64,000 nt of DNA, taken from positions 1 through 64,000 of the forward strand of contig JALGVJ010000009.1 of the NCBI GenBank assembly GCA_029838195.1. Direction: 5' to 3'. The notes below the pieces were generated by a model that did no database searches, was not told the origin of the DNA, and was given only the letters and a program-made list of their open reading frames with translations. This DNA comes from Promethearchaeota archaeon. GTDB taxonomy: Archaea > Asgardarchaeota > Lokiarchaeia > Sigyniarchaeales > SOKP01. The position numbers and the translations under genes were made by a program. Position 1 is the first letter of the stretch, and each line of letters starts with the position of its first letter. Positions 29,429-40,540 of this stretch are shown here, piece by piece.

Positions 29429-29733
29429 ATTATTTAAATTCATTTTTTTTTTACATTTTTAACGATACAAGCTATTTCTAATACGATTGTAAATTTCACG
29501 TGATTTTTCTTGCGAAGTTATCTCTATTCACGTGAATGTGAGATCCCGATTCTTCATGGTTTTCGGGTTCTTCAATCATTCTTGTTTCTATTCTTTTAAA
29601 CCCCTTAAAAATTTGTTTTAATATCTCCATTTATTACCATTTCATTCCATGGATTTGCTAAAGAAAAGGAAAAAAACATGAAAGAGAGAAAATAAAAATA
29701 GGGAATTTTTATGGCCGATTCATCCTTAAATGT

Positions 29734-30114
29734 TCATTCCCCTTTTTTAACCGTGCCTTTAAAATGGGAAAATTGTTTAAATATGGTTGGATCGCCCTCA
29801 ATTTTAGCAAATACATTTACGGGGGTGGCTGCTATGGGTTTATCACCGCTACTTGCTGGTGTGGGGCCAAAAAAAATACAAAAGCCTTGGCCACTCATCC
29901 AATAGGCTACGTCTCCAACTTCCACCTCTTTCTGGGGATTCTCAGCATCAATTTTCACGGGTATGGAGCCATATAGCTCTTCTCCCCACCGAGATAAATC
30001 TAAATCTAAAGGGAGATTCTCCCAGATTTTTTGGCATGTTTGAGGATTTTTATCCCGTAGTAGTTTAGCTTTTACTTGCCCGATTTTTTCATTTTCAATA
30101 ATGATATAATCCAT
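29734..30114 (-). CDS. Cyclophilin-like fold protein (DUF369/TM1367-like)
   Basis: RWGEELY, GDVAYW, FCIFFGPTP, PVNVF. Confidence 0.85.
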   Translation of the reverse strand: MDYIIIENEKIGQVKAKLLRDKNPQTCQKIWENLPLDLDLSRWGEELYGSIPVKIDAENPQKEVEVGDVAYWMSGQGFCIFFGPTPASSGDKPIAATPVNVFAKIEGDPTIFKQFSHFKGTVKKGE

Positions 30115-30314
30115 GGGATCACATCCATGTTTTTTTTCTTTTATCTTTCAATAAGAGCTTTTTTCTTATTAACTTAATGAAACTTGAATTAATGGCCATG
30201 AATGTTTTTCCTTTTCTAAAAGTACAGGGGGGGAACATGAAATGATTTAAAATTTTATCTGGACAATCCAGAAAAATCTAAGGATTAAAAAAGAATTATA
30301 ATTTATCATCTTAC

Positions 30315-32447
30315 ATGGAAATTAAAAATTATGTGTTATCTAATGAATACTGGAAATTAGAAATTCACGAAAAGGAACCGGGAAAATTTATATATAAACT
30401 ATGCGATTGCGTCCACGATGTTATTTATTCAGACCAAGATTACCATTATAGTCTCATGACTTCAAAAAAAAAGGGCATGCGATATCAATATTTAGATTAT
30501 TTTGAAAAAGAAAAAGGTGCAAGACATTTAGAAAATAGAACCGTTCGCCTCGTAGGGGGAACCCAATTAATTATAGAAGGATATTTTAGCAACACTAAAA
30601 TCAAAATCACTCACGTTTTCACCCTTGAAAAAGGAGATAAATGGTTAAAGGAAAGCATTACTCTTTTGAATGAAGGAGAAAAAAAAGTGCGGTTCAGCTT
30701 AATTAATTTGGGTTTTGAAAAAATGTTATTCAAGCAACGAGAAGGGTGGCAAGATCATTTAGATGAATATACCTTAACTGCAATTCCTTCTCGTCGCTTT
30801 TATGGATATGGTGAAGATAGAAGAAAAGAGTTTTTTAGCGCCAATGACCTCTTGTTTAATGAATGGGTGGTAAAAGAAGCAAGAATGCCGGGTTTTTGTG
30901 CTGAAGGATGGGCATGGGGAAATGATAAAGGAGGCTTGTTGACGTGTAAATATAATGTTAATGAAATTGAATTCTCTCGATTTAGTAATTTTAGAAGGAA
31001 TTTGCCCGGAAGGGGTGTTGAAAATGTATCCATTATTTTTGGAGGTGCTTCTCTCTATAATGGTGACCCAGAAAGGGCAACTGAATTAAATCCTAAAGAA
31101 TCGTACGCATTTGGAATATCAAAATACGCCGCATATGAAGGAGATTTTAAAGAGGCGTATTATCTATATAGAAGCCACTTGGAACAAAACGGACATCGCT
31201 TTAAAAAAGATTATAATCCTCCTGTCCATTGGAATGAACTCTATAATTTAGGATGGGAAGCTGAAAAAACAGGATTTTTTGTAAAAGGCGAAAAATTCGA
31301 AAAATATACTCTCGAACAATTGTATCAAGAAGCAAAATTAGCAAGAGAAGTAGGTGCGGAGGCATTATATTTAGACCCGGGTTGGGATACATATTTAGGC
31401 TCCGAAATCTGGAATGAAGAAAGATTTGGCCCCTTGAGTGAATTTTCTCGGACCATTCATGAAAAATATGGTTTAAAATTGGCCTTGCATTTAATGATGA
31501 ATTTCGGGAGCGACGACGAGGAGGACTATTTTTATCTCAAATCACCTAAAGGAGTAAGAGTTGTCGCAGATCCTTACATCAATCTATATTGTGTTTGTGC
31601 GAATGAACAATGGGTAAAAGAAAAAACCCGAAGATTACTAGAACTTGCAAGAAATGAAATTGACTTCTTCATGTTTGATTTTACTGATTTCTCCTCCTTC
31701 ATGATCGATAATATTGGATGCTGTGATAAAACCCACGGTCATGAGGTTCCGATGCACAGGCAATCGCACGCAGAAGGCATCTTTAAAGTAATTCAAAACG
31801 TAAAAAAACATTTCCCACAAATACTTATAGAAGCTCATGGTAGAGGTGTAAATCATCCCTTATATTATCAACACGGACTTCCTTATAGCTTTGATGAAAA
31901 CTGGGGTTTTGAATGCATGTGGAACCCGCTACAAGATTTACTTTCTCATAAGGCATTTCAATTATATGAATATAACCTGGCTTATTCTATTCCTTTATAT
32001 TTACACATCAATGAAAATAGCGACAATGAAGAAATGTTGCAATTTTGGTGGTATGCTTCAGTGGTTCGTCATTTAGGTGTTGGTGGGTTAAAAGAACCAA
32101 CAAGTAGAAAATTCATTGCCCTTAAAAATGCCATGATTTTATATAAAAAAATAAAACGAATTCTCACGCAAGGCACGTTTTACGGAATTGATCCCACTGC
32201 CCATTTTCACTTATCTCCAAACAAAAAACAAGCCATCACGATTGCGGTTAATTTAACCAGTAGAGCCATTTTAAAAAAGATAATTTTAAATCCAACACCC
32301 CTCGAACTTGATTTCCATTCCATGACAATTAAAGATGGAACAAATAATCTCATCGAGGAAATTATCATTACTCCGAAATTAAAGGCTATAAATGAGTTCC
32401 TTTTAGAGATACATCCATTATCTCCTCGAATTATTATTTTTAATTAA
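30315..32447 (+). CDS. Glycoside hydrolase, GH36/GH-D clan-like
   Basis: YLDPGW, ERFGPL, FFMFDF barrel motifs after a beta-rich N-terminal domain. Confidence 0.6.
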   Translation: MEIKNYVLSNEYWKLEIHEKEPGKFIYKLCDCVHDVIYSDQDYHYSLMTSKKKGMRYQYLDYFEKEKGARHLENRTVRLVGGTQLIIEGYFSNTKIKITHVFTLEKGDKWLKESITLLNEGEKKVRFSLINLGFEKMLFKQREGWQDHLDEYTLTAIPSRRFYGYGEDRRKEFFSANDLLFNEWVVKEARMPGFCAEGWAWGNDKGGLLTCKYNVNEIEFSRFSNFRRNLPGRGVENVSIIFGGASLYNGDPERATELNPKESYAFGISKYAAYEGDFKEAYYLYRSHLEQNGHRFKKDYNPPVHWNELYNLGWEAEKTGFFVKGEKFEKYTLEQLYQEAKLAREVGAEALYLDPGWDTYLGSEIWNEERFGPLSEFSRTIHEKYGLKLALHLMMNFGSDDEEDYFYLKSPKGVRVVADPYINLYCVCANEQWVKEKTRRLLELARNEIDFFMFDFTDFSSFMIDNIGCCDKTHGHEVPMHRQSHAEGIFKVIQNVKKHFPQILIEAHGRGVNHPLYYQHGLPYSFDENWGFECMWNPLQDLLSHKAFQLYEYNLAYSIPLYLHINENSDNEEMLQFWWYASVVRHLGVGGLKEPTSRKFIALKNAMILYKKIKRILTQGTFYGIDPTAHFHLSPNKKQAITIAVNLTSRAILKKIILNPTPLELDFHSMTIKDGTNNLIEEIIITPKLKAINEFLLEIHPLSPRIIIFN

Positions 32448-32509
32448 TATTTAAGAGGAATTTCTATTATGGCACGTTAAATTAAAAGAAAATAGATTTT
32501 TAGGAGATG

Positions 32510-33970
32510 TTAAAAACCTAACTCTTCTAAAATCTTTTTATTTCTTGCTACTACTTCTGGTGTGAGTGGGAAAAATTTCCAGAATATAAATGTACCGGCC
32601 AATAAAATTAGTCCTGGAATGATTCCCATGAGAACTCTAATGCCTAAAAGCGCTAAAGCGAGATCGCCTCCCGTAGTGGTAAGGGTGGATACTAAGGCAT
32701 CATAACTATCAACACCTGAAGGAAACCCTGTAATTGTTTGAACCCCAGCAATGATACCTTCATCAACCGTGGCTACAAGACGTCCTAATAATACAGAAAT
32801 CCCAAGAAGAATCCCTTTTTCGTTTTTCTTGGTTGTGGCAACAAAATCATCCACTACACTTGCCTGAATGATGGTGTACATGAAAGCCCACATGCTTCCC
32901 ATTGATATCCCAAGAATAAAAGTAAGGATATACAGGTCGATTGCAGTTTGAAAAAAGCTAAGGACAATAAAAGAAAAACTAAGTGCAAATCCACCGATTG
33001 TCAAAACTTTTTTGTTGTTTTGAATTTTTTTAAGATATTTGAGCCAAAAAGGGACAGAGATCAAAGCTCCGAGTAAAAAAAACACGTAAATAAATATCTC
33101 ATCGCCAGGAGAGCCTTTAAGTAAAAAATTATTAATATATGGACCCATTGACATTAATAAACTCGTTGATATGACAAAAACGTTTAATATAATGAAATAT
33201 ATAATGAAACTCTTCTGTTTTAATACGTCCTTGATTCCTTCAAAGAACTTACTTTTCTTGTATTCTCCTGAAAAATATCTATCTATCACGATCTTATCCT
33301 CTTTTGCTCCTGGCAAAAAAAGAACTGCGCCGATAAGAGCAATTACGGCTACTGCAGCGCCCATTAATGCAAAGCTTTCTCTAGTGTTTCCTCCAACAAG
33401 AAAAAGGGGCGGAATTAACATGCCCAAGGCTACAGCAATCATATCGAAAGGTGTCCAAAACATCGTAAGTTTTTGGCGTTCCTCTTCTTCCCGAAATAAA
33501 TCGGGGCGAAGAGCCATGACATTAATTCCGACTAAAGAGCCGAATGTGTCAAAAATTATCAAGGACATCATTAGCCAGAGAAAAACAGGCCACGGATTAT
33601 CATTCTTAAGAGGCGGAGCGGAAAAAATGAGATATAAAGATAAGCACCACGGGATAATTCCTATTACAATCCAGGGAAATCTTCGACCCCATTTTTTAGT
33701 CCATCTGAAATTTCGGTCAACCAAGAAGCCAATGAGAGGGTCATCAATCGCATCATAAACTGTAAAGATTGAAAGGGCGAGAAAAATAAGCCATTGATTT
33801 AAACCTATTACCGAATAATAAAAAAAATAAAGGTAAATTCCTTGAGCCGAACTCATAATGGATACGACGATTTGAAACGTTGCATTTGAAGCATATTTCC
33901 ACGTGGGGTGTCTTGTTTGAAAAGGAGTATCATTTTCGATGGGATTACTACTGACCAGTGCATCAGACAT
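32510..33970 (-). CDS. MFS transporter, GPH/MelB-like
   Basis: DAIDDPLIGFLVDR, WGRRFPWI. Confidence 0.9.
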   Translation of the reverse strand: MSDALVSSNPIENDTPFQTRHPTWKYASNATFQIVVSIMSSAQGIYLYFFYYSVIGLNQWLIFLALSIFTVYDAIDDPLIGFLVDRNFRWTKKWGRRFPWIVIGIIPWCLSLYLIFSAPPLKNDNPWPVFLWLMMSLIIFDTFGSLVGINVMALRPDLFREEEERQKLTMFWTPFDMIAVALGMLIPPLFLVGGNTRESFALMGAAVAVIALIGAVLFLPGAKEDKIVIDRYFSGEYKKSKFFEGIKDVLKQKSFIIYFIILNVFVISTSLLMSMGPYINNFLLKGSPGDEIFIYVFFLLGALISVPFWLKYLKKIQNNKKVLTIGGFALSFSFIVLSFFQTAIDLYILTFILGISMGSMWAFMYTIIQASVVDDFVATTKKNEKGILLGISVLLGRLVATVDEGIIAGVQTITGFPSGVDSYDALVSTLTTTGGDLALALLGIRVLMGIIPGLILLAGTFIFWKFFPLTPEVVARNKKILEELGF

Positions 33971-34427
33971 TTTATTTTCCTTTTTTATAAATGCTTTATT
34001 GAAAATTTTTAATTAACTTTTTTTAATAAAAGATAATAAAAGTGGAAAGACATAAAATTTAAATTTTTGCTTTATTTTTTCTCCCTTTGAAAAATGGTTT
34101 CTGAATGATGGATATCTTCAATAATGAAGACCATTTTATCTTTTTTAAGCACGTCGTGTTCTTTTTCTTCCCCAATTAATTTATCATCTCATTTAAAAGC
34201 CACGTGACGTTAAGGTTCGTATTTAATCACGCCTTAAAATTCCTTTTGTTATTTTTTATTATAATTTTTTATAGTGATACTTTTGAATTGAATGGAAACA
34301 TTTCACGATACCAGCGATGATCGGTTAGTGCTTAAATATTGTAGTTCAATAAATAATATATTGAGGAACAAGTTATTTTATTTTAACTCATCATAAATTG
34401 TCAAAATTTTAAGAAAAACGTATAATA

Positions 34428-35243
34428 ATGATTTTAGAACAAACCGTAGAATTATTGAAAAATATCTATAAATATCGTAAAATACCCTATCCCTTGTTAC
34501 GAAGAGTAGTAATTGGATTGGGGTATACTGCCGTAGAAGTTGAAACATTTGCATTTGATCCTTTTTTAGGATTGGCTTATACCCTTCCAGAACTAATAAG
34601 AGCGCCTTCGTGTAGTAAGATCGAATTTGCGGGCAAGTTAACGGAATTACCCTTAACCACGCTTTTAGAGTGGGTGAGTTATCGTCCCAGCTTGAATAAA
34701 ATTATTGGTGTTGCAACATTAAATGCCTTGTCTCAACATGTCTTGGCAATTGAAAATCCGCACGTAAAAATTAGCCATTCTCTTTCGGAGGAATTAAATT
34801 TAAACGAGAATTCTAGACTCATTTTTATTGGTCTTATCAAACCCTTAATTCAAGAAATGAGTCAAATCACTAAAAATATCATGATCATTGAAAATAATCC
34901 CTTTAAATCAGAATTTTCTACTCCTTTTCCGTTAAAAAGAAGCATTCAAGAGGTAAATCTTAAAGATTGCATGGTAGATGCCTTGATTTGTACGGGAACA
35001 ACACTTTTAAATGACACCTTGGAATCCCTTCTTGACTCATTCAAAAATCGTGCGAACACTATTATAGTGTTAGGACCAACGGCCAGCATGGTCCCTGATA
35101 TTTTATTTGATTGGGGCGTTGACATCGTAGGTGGAATTTGCATTAAAAATACGAAGGAAACCTTAAAAATTATTGAACAAGGAGGAGGAACAAAATTGTT
35201 CCGATCGTTGGGAGAAAAATATTTCTTAAAAAAAACATATTGA
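34428..35243 (+). CDS. DUF4213/DUF364 Rossmann-like protein
   Basis: IGVATLNALSQ, TGTTLLNDT, LGPTASM, GGG. Confidence 0.8.
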   Translation: MILEQTVELLKNIYKYRKIPYPLLRRVVIGLGYTAVEVETFAFDPFLGLAYTLPELIRAPSCSKIEFAGKLTELPLTTLLEWVSYRPSLNKIIGVATLNALSQHVLAIENPHVKISHSLSEELNLNENSRLIFIGLIKPLIQEMSQITKNIMIIENNPFKSEFSTPFPLKRSIQEVNLKDCMVDALICTGTTLLNDTLESLLDSFKNRANTIIVLGPTASMVPDILFDWGVDIVGGICIKNTKETLKIIEQGGGTKLFRSLGEKYFLKKTY

Positions 35244-35332
35244 ATGATTATTAATTTTTGGAAGTTAAATTAATTTTAAACGAGTACATTATAGATTTAT
35301 AAAAAATTTCACGAGAGCAATTTAATTTTATA

Positions 35333-35878
35333 ATGAAAACCAGTCCAACTATCAAATGGAAGTTCAAGGTGGTCATCTGTGGCCCGGGGGCTGTAGGAAA
35401 AACCAGTATCATTCAGCGATTTGTCCATAATAGCTTCTCAATTAGTTATAAAATCACTATTGGGGTCGATTTTTTAACTAAAGATGTAGAATATAAAGAT
35501 GGGGAAGCTGCTCGTCTCACGATTTGGGATATTGGCGGACAAGAACGCTATAATTTTCTCCGAGAAAGCTTTTTTGAAAAATCCGATGGTGCATTATTAG
35601 TTTTTGATCTCACGAGAGAAAAAACATTCAAAGAAATTAAAAATTGGCTTGAGCAACTGAGGAAATATACTTTTGATGCCATCCCTTTCGTACTTGTCGG
35701 AAATAAATCAGATCTTTTAACGGATTTAGGCGTGGTTTTAGATAATGACGAAATAAAAAGTTTTGCTAAAAAAGAAAAGGCTTTTTATATAGAAACTTCA
35801 GCGAAAAAAAATCAAAATATTGAATTGGCCTTTTTAGAATTAACTAAAGCAATTTTAAAATCGAAATCTTCCCGATGA
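35333..35878 (+). CDS. Rab-like small GTPase
   Basis: GPGAVGKT, TIGVDF, WDIGGQERY, NKSD, ETSAK; no C-terminal Cys. Confidence 0.92.
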   Translation: MKTSPTIKWKFKVVICGPGAVGKTSIIQRFVHNSFSISYKITIGVDFLTKDVEYKDGEAARLTIWDIGGQERYNFLRESFFEKSDGALLVFDLTREKTFKEIKNWLEQLRKYTFDAIPFVLVGNKSDLLTDLGVVLDNDEIKSFAKKEKAFYIETSAKKNQNIELAFLELTKAILKSKSSR

Positions 35879-36011
35879 CTCTTTTTAATTATCATGAGCT
35901 GAGAAATGAACAATTAAATTAAAAAAAAATATATTTTATTATACTTTCTTGCTTATTTTTTACATTTTAAATATTTTTCTTGAGAATACTTATACTGATA
36001 TTGTTTCTAGT

Positions 36012-36119
36012 TTAAACGAAGAGCGTGAGAATTAACAACAAGATGAAATATATCGAGACACCGAACAGAGCAATCCAACAAATCTTTTGAATCATATTCC
36101 ATTTTTCTTCACTTATCAC
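36012..36119 (-). CDS. 35-aa single-TM microprotein (not in ORF track)
   Basis: GTG start, MISEEKWNMIQKICWIALFGVSIYFILLLILTLFV*, GAGGAG SD 6 nt upstream. Confidence 0.6.
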   Translation of the reverse strand: MISEEKWNMIQKICWIALFGVSIYFILLLILTLFV

Positions 36120-36143
36120 TTTAATCTCCTCGTACACGTAATT

Positions 36144-36284
36144 TTAAATTAGAAAATGATATCCATAGAGAATGAAGGGTAAAAGAATGAAGAATCCAAG
36201 GATGATGAGAATGATAAATTCGATAATACGCATGCTTTTTGCCTGTTCTTCTGTTAAGAATTCCTTTTTATTGTTTTCAGACAT
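36144..36284 (-). CDS. 46-aa single-TM microprotein (not in ORF track)
   Basis: MSENNKKEFLTEEQAKSMRIIEFIILIILGFFILLPFILYGYHFLI*; start overlaps the stop of 36277..37767. Confidence 0.6.
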   Translation of the reverse strand: MSENNKKEFLTEEQAKSMRIIEFIILIILGFFILLPFILYGYHFLI

Positions 36285-37767
36285 TTAATCCTCTCACCTC
36301 GTTTGCATGTTCGATTAATCCCGAAGCACTAAATCGTGCCATCCGAATTTCTGTGGCGGAATAGAATGCAAGCCCAATAATCCATGGCAAATCATGGTTC
36401 ACCGGGTTCGTGTAATAGCTAACGTATACGTCCTCTCCTAAAACTACAACGCCCGTGTATGCAGTATCTCCATTACTCGGCAAGTCAAATAGCCATACAA
36501 GTCGATCCTCCAGTAATTCATATATGGCAGTTCGCTTCTTAGCCACGTGGTTTCCCGTATCGATCCTCGGGCCTAAATGATTTCTGCCAGCGACAAAATA
36601 TCTCCCATTTACCTTAAAAATGGTTGCACCATCCATTCTGGTTTGAAATTCCGGTGCGTAAGACCACTCTTTCAAATTATTATAAGATCTAGCTATAATT
36701 GTCCCCGCATGAGGCGTTCCAAACTCATAACTACTCCAGCTACTCATTCGACCGACGCGCAAGGTGCAAATGATTTCGCCATCAGGCAAAAATTCAAAAC
36801 AAGGTTCTCCTGAAGGATACGTGTCATAAACCACGCTTATTTCGTTCCAATTAATACCATCGCGGGAGCTAATTAAAATGGTCATGTAATGATGTCCTTT
36901 TTTCCCACTTGCCATGCAATACCAGATTTTATTATCTTTAGTTAGAGGTCTTTGACGGCCAAATACCCATCCTTCTTCCCGCTTAATTCCGGTATCATGT
37001 TTCACGTTCACGTAGATTTCTTCGGGTTCTGACCACGTAACTCCATCCTTGGAAATACAATAATAAGTTTCATTCGGTCCGGGGTCAAATCTATAGTTTG
37101 GTAAGAAGTATAAAAATAGTTGTCCTTTAATTTCAGTAAGAAGGGGATCCCGCACGTCATTTTGACCAGGACCTTTAATTGCAGCAACGCGTTCCCAGCT
37201 TCCTTCTGAAGCATCTTTAGAACGAGCGATGACGATTTCACCATTTTTATCCTCTAAATGCCATTTAGAATTTTGATAAGCTAAATAGAAATAACCTTTC
37301 CAATAGTACAATTTAGTATTCGATTTATGGTGTTTTTCTAATCCATTCCCAGGGGGTAGTCCGGTAGGAGGGACGGCGGTCCACGTTTCTAACTCTAAAC
37401 TTTCATCCGTTTCGAAGGAGGGAGGCATGCGCATGTAATAATAGGTCATCAATATTCCTAATACAGCATTGAGCGTAAGAATGATAGCAAACACGCATGC
37501 CACGCTTTTCTTTAATTTTCCAATGGGAGTCTTGAAGAAGATTTTTTGGAGATACTTGTAAAGAAAAAGAAGGATTCCAACACCCATGATGAGGGCAAAA
37601 AGAATCGTGCCGAAAAGCGTTATAATGTAAGTAGTCGTTCCGAGAAAATTCAGCGTTCCCGATATACCCACGATGATGAGAAGAATGGTCCCAATAAACA
37701 TTAATTTAAGCGCTTTTTCATACTCGGGATAAAATTGATTTTTAATTGTTTCAATTAGGCTTTTCAT
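36277..37767 (-). CDS. Membrane-anchored Asp-box (BNR) beta-propeller, sialidase/GH-like
   Basis: Three N-terminal TM helices; SKDGVTW and SRDGINW Asp-boxes; DVRDP, GDTAY. Confidence 0.7.
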   Translation of the reverse strand: MKSLIETIKNQFYPEYEKALKLMFIGTILLIIVGISGTLNFLGTTTYIITLFGTILFALIMGVGILLFLYKYLQKIFFKTPIGKLKKSVACVFAIILTLNAVLGILMTYYYMRMPPSFETDESLELETWTAVPPTGLPPGNGLEKHHKSNTKLYYWKGYFYLAYQNSKWHLEDKNGEIVIARSKDASEGSWERVAAIKGPGQNDVRDPLLTEIKGQLFLYFLPNYRFDPGPNETYYCISKDGVTWSEPEEIYVNVKHDTGIKREEGWVFGRQRPLTKDNKIWYCMASGKKGHHYMTILISSRDGINWNEISVVYDTYPSGEPCFEFLPDGEIICTLRVGRMSSWSSYEFGTPHAGTIIARSYNNLKEWSYAPEFQTRMDGATIFKVNGRYFVAGRNHLGPRIDTGNHVAKKRTAIYELLEDRLVWLFDLPSNGDTAYTGVVVLGEDVYVSYYTNPVNHDLPWIIGLAFYSATEIRMARFSASGLIEHANEVRGLNV

Positions 37768-38118
37768 GGTTTAATTCCCCAATATTTATTTTAGTTTAAA
37801 GTTTTTTATTATTAGTTTGTTCATACAAGATATAAAGATTTCGTAAGTTGGTTTAATATCCTAAGAATGCTTGTAAAATATTACATGTTCAAACATGAGA
37901 TGATTTGTTCCTTGAATTATAACCCATCCTTTTTTTCCCTTTTATTATAATAATTCATTTTTCATGACATGAATTGGAATATTACGAGAAATTGGTATAA
38001 TGAATTTAAATTTATTGACAATTATTATAGAATTGAAGAACCATTAAAATTAATTTTTTAATAAAAAGCTGTTTTAGCAATATCAACTTGTTTTAGGGAA
38101 TGAATTATTTTCTCAATC

Positions 38119-40476
38119 ATGATAAGTGGAGGTATGGATTCGGAAGAAACAGGATTTTGGAATACATGGGATCCCTTGGGAATGAACCGTTTTGTTAAAT
38201 TTCCCGAATTATATGAAATTCGCATTTCGATATATAGTCCTGAATTTAAAGCCTACACGTCGAAATTTTATTTTATTCAATATAATACTCACGTTGGCAA
38301 TGTATTGAAGGTTTATGCACGCCAGAAGGATAGCAATTATTCCAAAATAGATTTGTCATTTAAGGATTTTATTTTTACAATTGAACAAGCGTGTTTCGGG
38401 TCTGAAAATCTTGTTTTAAAAATAATTCCAAGAGCGGTGATTGATCCTTTTACCATGCTATTAGTAGAAGTCTCACGAGCATGGCAACTTGATGGTGAAG
38501 TAGAATTGAGTGATGAACAGGAAATAAATTTTCCTTGTAAGAAGGGACGATTGATGATCATTCAAGCAGGGCAAGATTTTCATTCAAATGTGCATGATGG
38601 CAAATACTTGACCTTTGGCGTGTATTCTGATGAAAATTCTTTTTTTCAAGACTTACGAGACAATGGAACCTTGAATGAACAAAAAGGAAAAGGAACAATT
38701 GCAGTATTGGGATTTCAAGCTTGCTTGCCTTTAAAAATCGTGGCATGCCTTGATAATGTAAAAAAAGTAGGATCCGTGGAAGAAAGCATAGCGAAAGCGA
38801 AATTGGAACATGAGCAAAAAGCCATGAAAATAATTGGCGGAGAATTTGAGGGCTGTGCTCAAGCCATGACTTCAATTATTAATTGGGAACTGGCATGGGA
38901 TCAACTCAATGAGCGTCCTTACACTTTATTAACGAGAGAATGGGCAGATAGATACATGGTTGGGATGGGGATTGATAAAACGGCGCGTGGTCCTTGCCTC
39001 GGCTTATGGGATACGTTTTTTAATGCCCTTTTACATTCCGTTGAGGATAAAGAGCTCTCGGAATCTAACATGTTTGAAATAATGAAGGATTCTTCTCTTA
39101 TAGATGGCCAATTTCCTCCTAATTATATCGTATCCGGATTTCTTTCGGGCGATAGGAGTCAACCTCCTGTTGGTTCCTTAATAACCTGGAAAATCTTTAG
39201 AAAACATGAAAATAGGGAATTTTTAAAATGGATCTACCCCCGATTAAAAAAATGGCACGAGTGGTGGAAAAAACAAAGAGATGGAAATAAGGATAGATTA
39301 TTGGAATGGGGATCTAATGCTAAGACAAAATATCGAGGAAACGCAGCGGGAACTCTTTTTGCTGCGAAATGTGAATCTGGCATGGATAATAGTCCATTAT
39401 ATGATGATGCAAAATATGATCGCAAAATTGGAACCATGAATCTCACGGATATCGGTTTAAATTCATTGTTCACGGCAGATGCGTTATATCTTTCAAAAAT
39501 CGCTTGTGAACTTGGTTATCACACGGATAGTGATTGTTTTTTAAAAGAATGGAACGGAATGAAGAAAAAAATAAATGATTATCTATGGAATGAAAAAAAG
39601 AAAGCTTACATGGATAGATATTGGAATGGAGCTTTTAGCTCAAGACTCGCACCTACCACGTTTTATCCTTTAATCGCACGCGTGCCTACAAGGAAGAGAG
39701 CCGAAACAATCATCCATCATCATCTTTTAAATGAAAAAGAATTTTGGGGACAATACGTCATTCCCTCTATAAGTCGGAATGATAAGGCGTTTAAAGACCA
39801 ACTTTACTGGAGAGGGCGAATCTGGCCACCATTAAATTATCTTGTTTATACGGGATTAAAAGAATACGAGATGGATGAAATTGCCCATGAATTCGCAAAA
39901 AAAAGCGTCCGCTTATTCATGAACGATTGGCGTTCTAAAGGACATTGTCATGAGAATTATAACGCTATTACGGGAACGGGAGATGATGTGCCCACTCGTA
40001 TAAGGACTTACATGGAAGGCTCAGATCGATTTTATAGTTGGGGCGCTTTGCTGCCTCTCTTAGGGATAGAAGAACTTTTTGATGTTGAGATGGAGAACGG
40101 AATAAGATTTGGTAATTGTTTCTTAACACGTGAAAGCATTCTTAAAAACATCCGGCTAAGAGGCTTAAATTTAACAATTGAAGCATCGCGAAATGAAACA
40201 AGAGTATGGCGAGAAGGTTTCTTGTTTTTCCATTCCATTCCGGGAACGACTGTTCGAAATTATGATGCTAAGGAAGAGCTAGTTGTATTTAGAGCATTAG
40301 GATATGGCAAAACCCATTTTACCCTGAATGAATTTGAACCGGGCACGAGAGTTCTTGTTAGAATAGATGATAAAAAAAACAAGCAATTGAGAGCAGAAAA
40401 AGACGGAGCTATTAAGTTTTCTTCATTTCTTGACGGAAAAAACTATAAAAAGATTATAATAAAAAAAGAAAATTGA
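38119..40476 (+). CDS. GH63/MGH1-like glycoside hydrolase
   Basis: LWDTFF, RSQPP, ESGMDNSP, YWRGRIWPP, HENY. Confidence 0.85.
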   Translation: MISGGMDSEETGFWNTWDPLGMNRFVKFPELYEIRISIYSPEFKAYTSKFYFIQYNTHVGNVLKVYARQKDSNYSKIDLSFKDFIFTIEQACFGSENLVLKIIPRAVIDPFTMLLVEVSRAWQLDGEVELSDEQEINFPCKKGRLMIIQAGQDFHSNVHDGKYLTFGVYSDENSFFQDLRDNGTLNEQKGKGTIAVLGFQACLPLKIVACLDNVKKVGSVEESIAKAKLEHEQKAMKIIGGEFEGCAQAMTSIINWELAWDQLNERPYTLLTREWADRYMVGMGIDKTARGPCLGLWDTFFNALLHSVEDKELSESNMFEIMKDSSLIDGQFPPNYIVSGFLSGDRSQPPVGSLITWKIFRKHENREFLKWIYPRLKKWHEWWKKQRDGNKDRLLEWGSNAKTKYRGNAAGTLFAAKCESGMDNSPLYDDAKYDRKIGTMNLTDIGLNSLFTADALYLSKIACELGYHTDSDCFLKEWNGMKKKINDYLWNEKKKAYMDRYWNGAFSSRLAPTTFYPLIARVPTRKRAETIIHHHLLNEKEFWGQYVIPSISRNDKAFKDQLYWRGRIWPPLNYLVYTGLKEYEMDEIAHEFAKKSVRLFMNDWRSKGHCHENYNAITGTGDDVPTRIRTYMEGSDRFYSWGALLPLLGIEELFDVEMENGIRFGNCFLTRESILKNIRLRGLNLTIEASRNETRVWREGFLFFHSIPGTTVRNYDAKEELVVFRALGYGKTHFTLNEFEPGTRVLVRIDDKKNKQLRAEKDGAIKFSSFLDGKNYKKIIIKKEN

Positions 40477-40540
40477 TAATATTACTACTCCATTAATCTG
40501 TTACTTCGCTAAAAGGGAAAAAATAGGGAATTTAAAGAAA

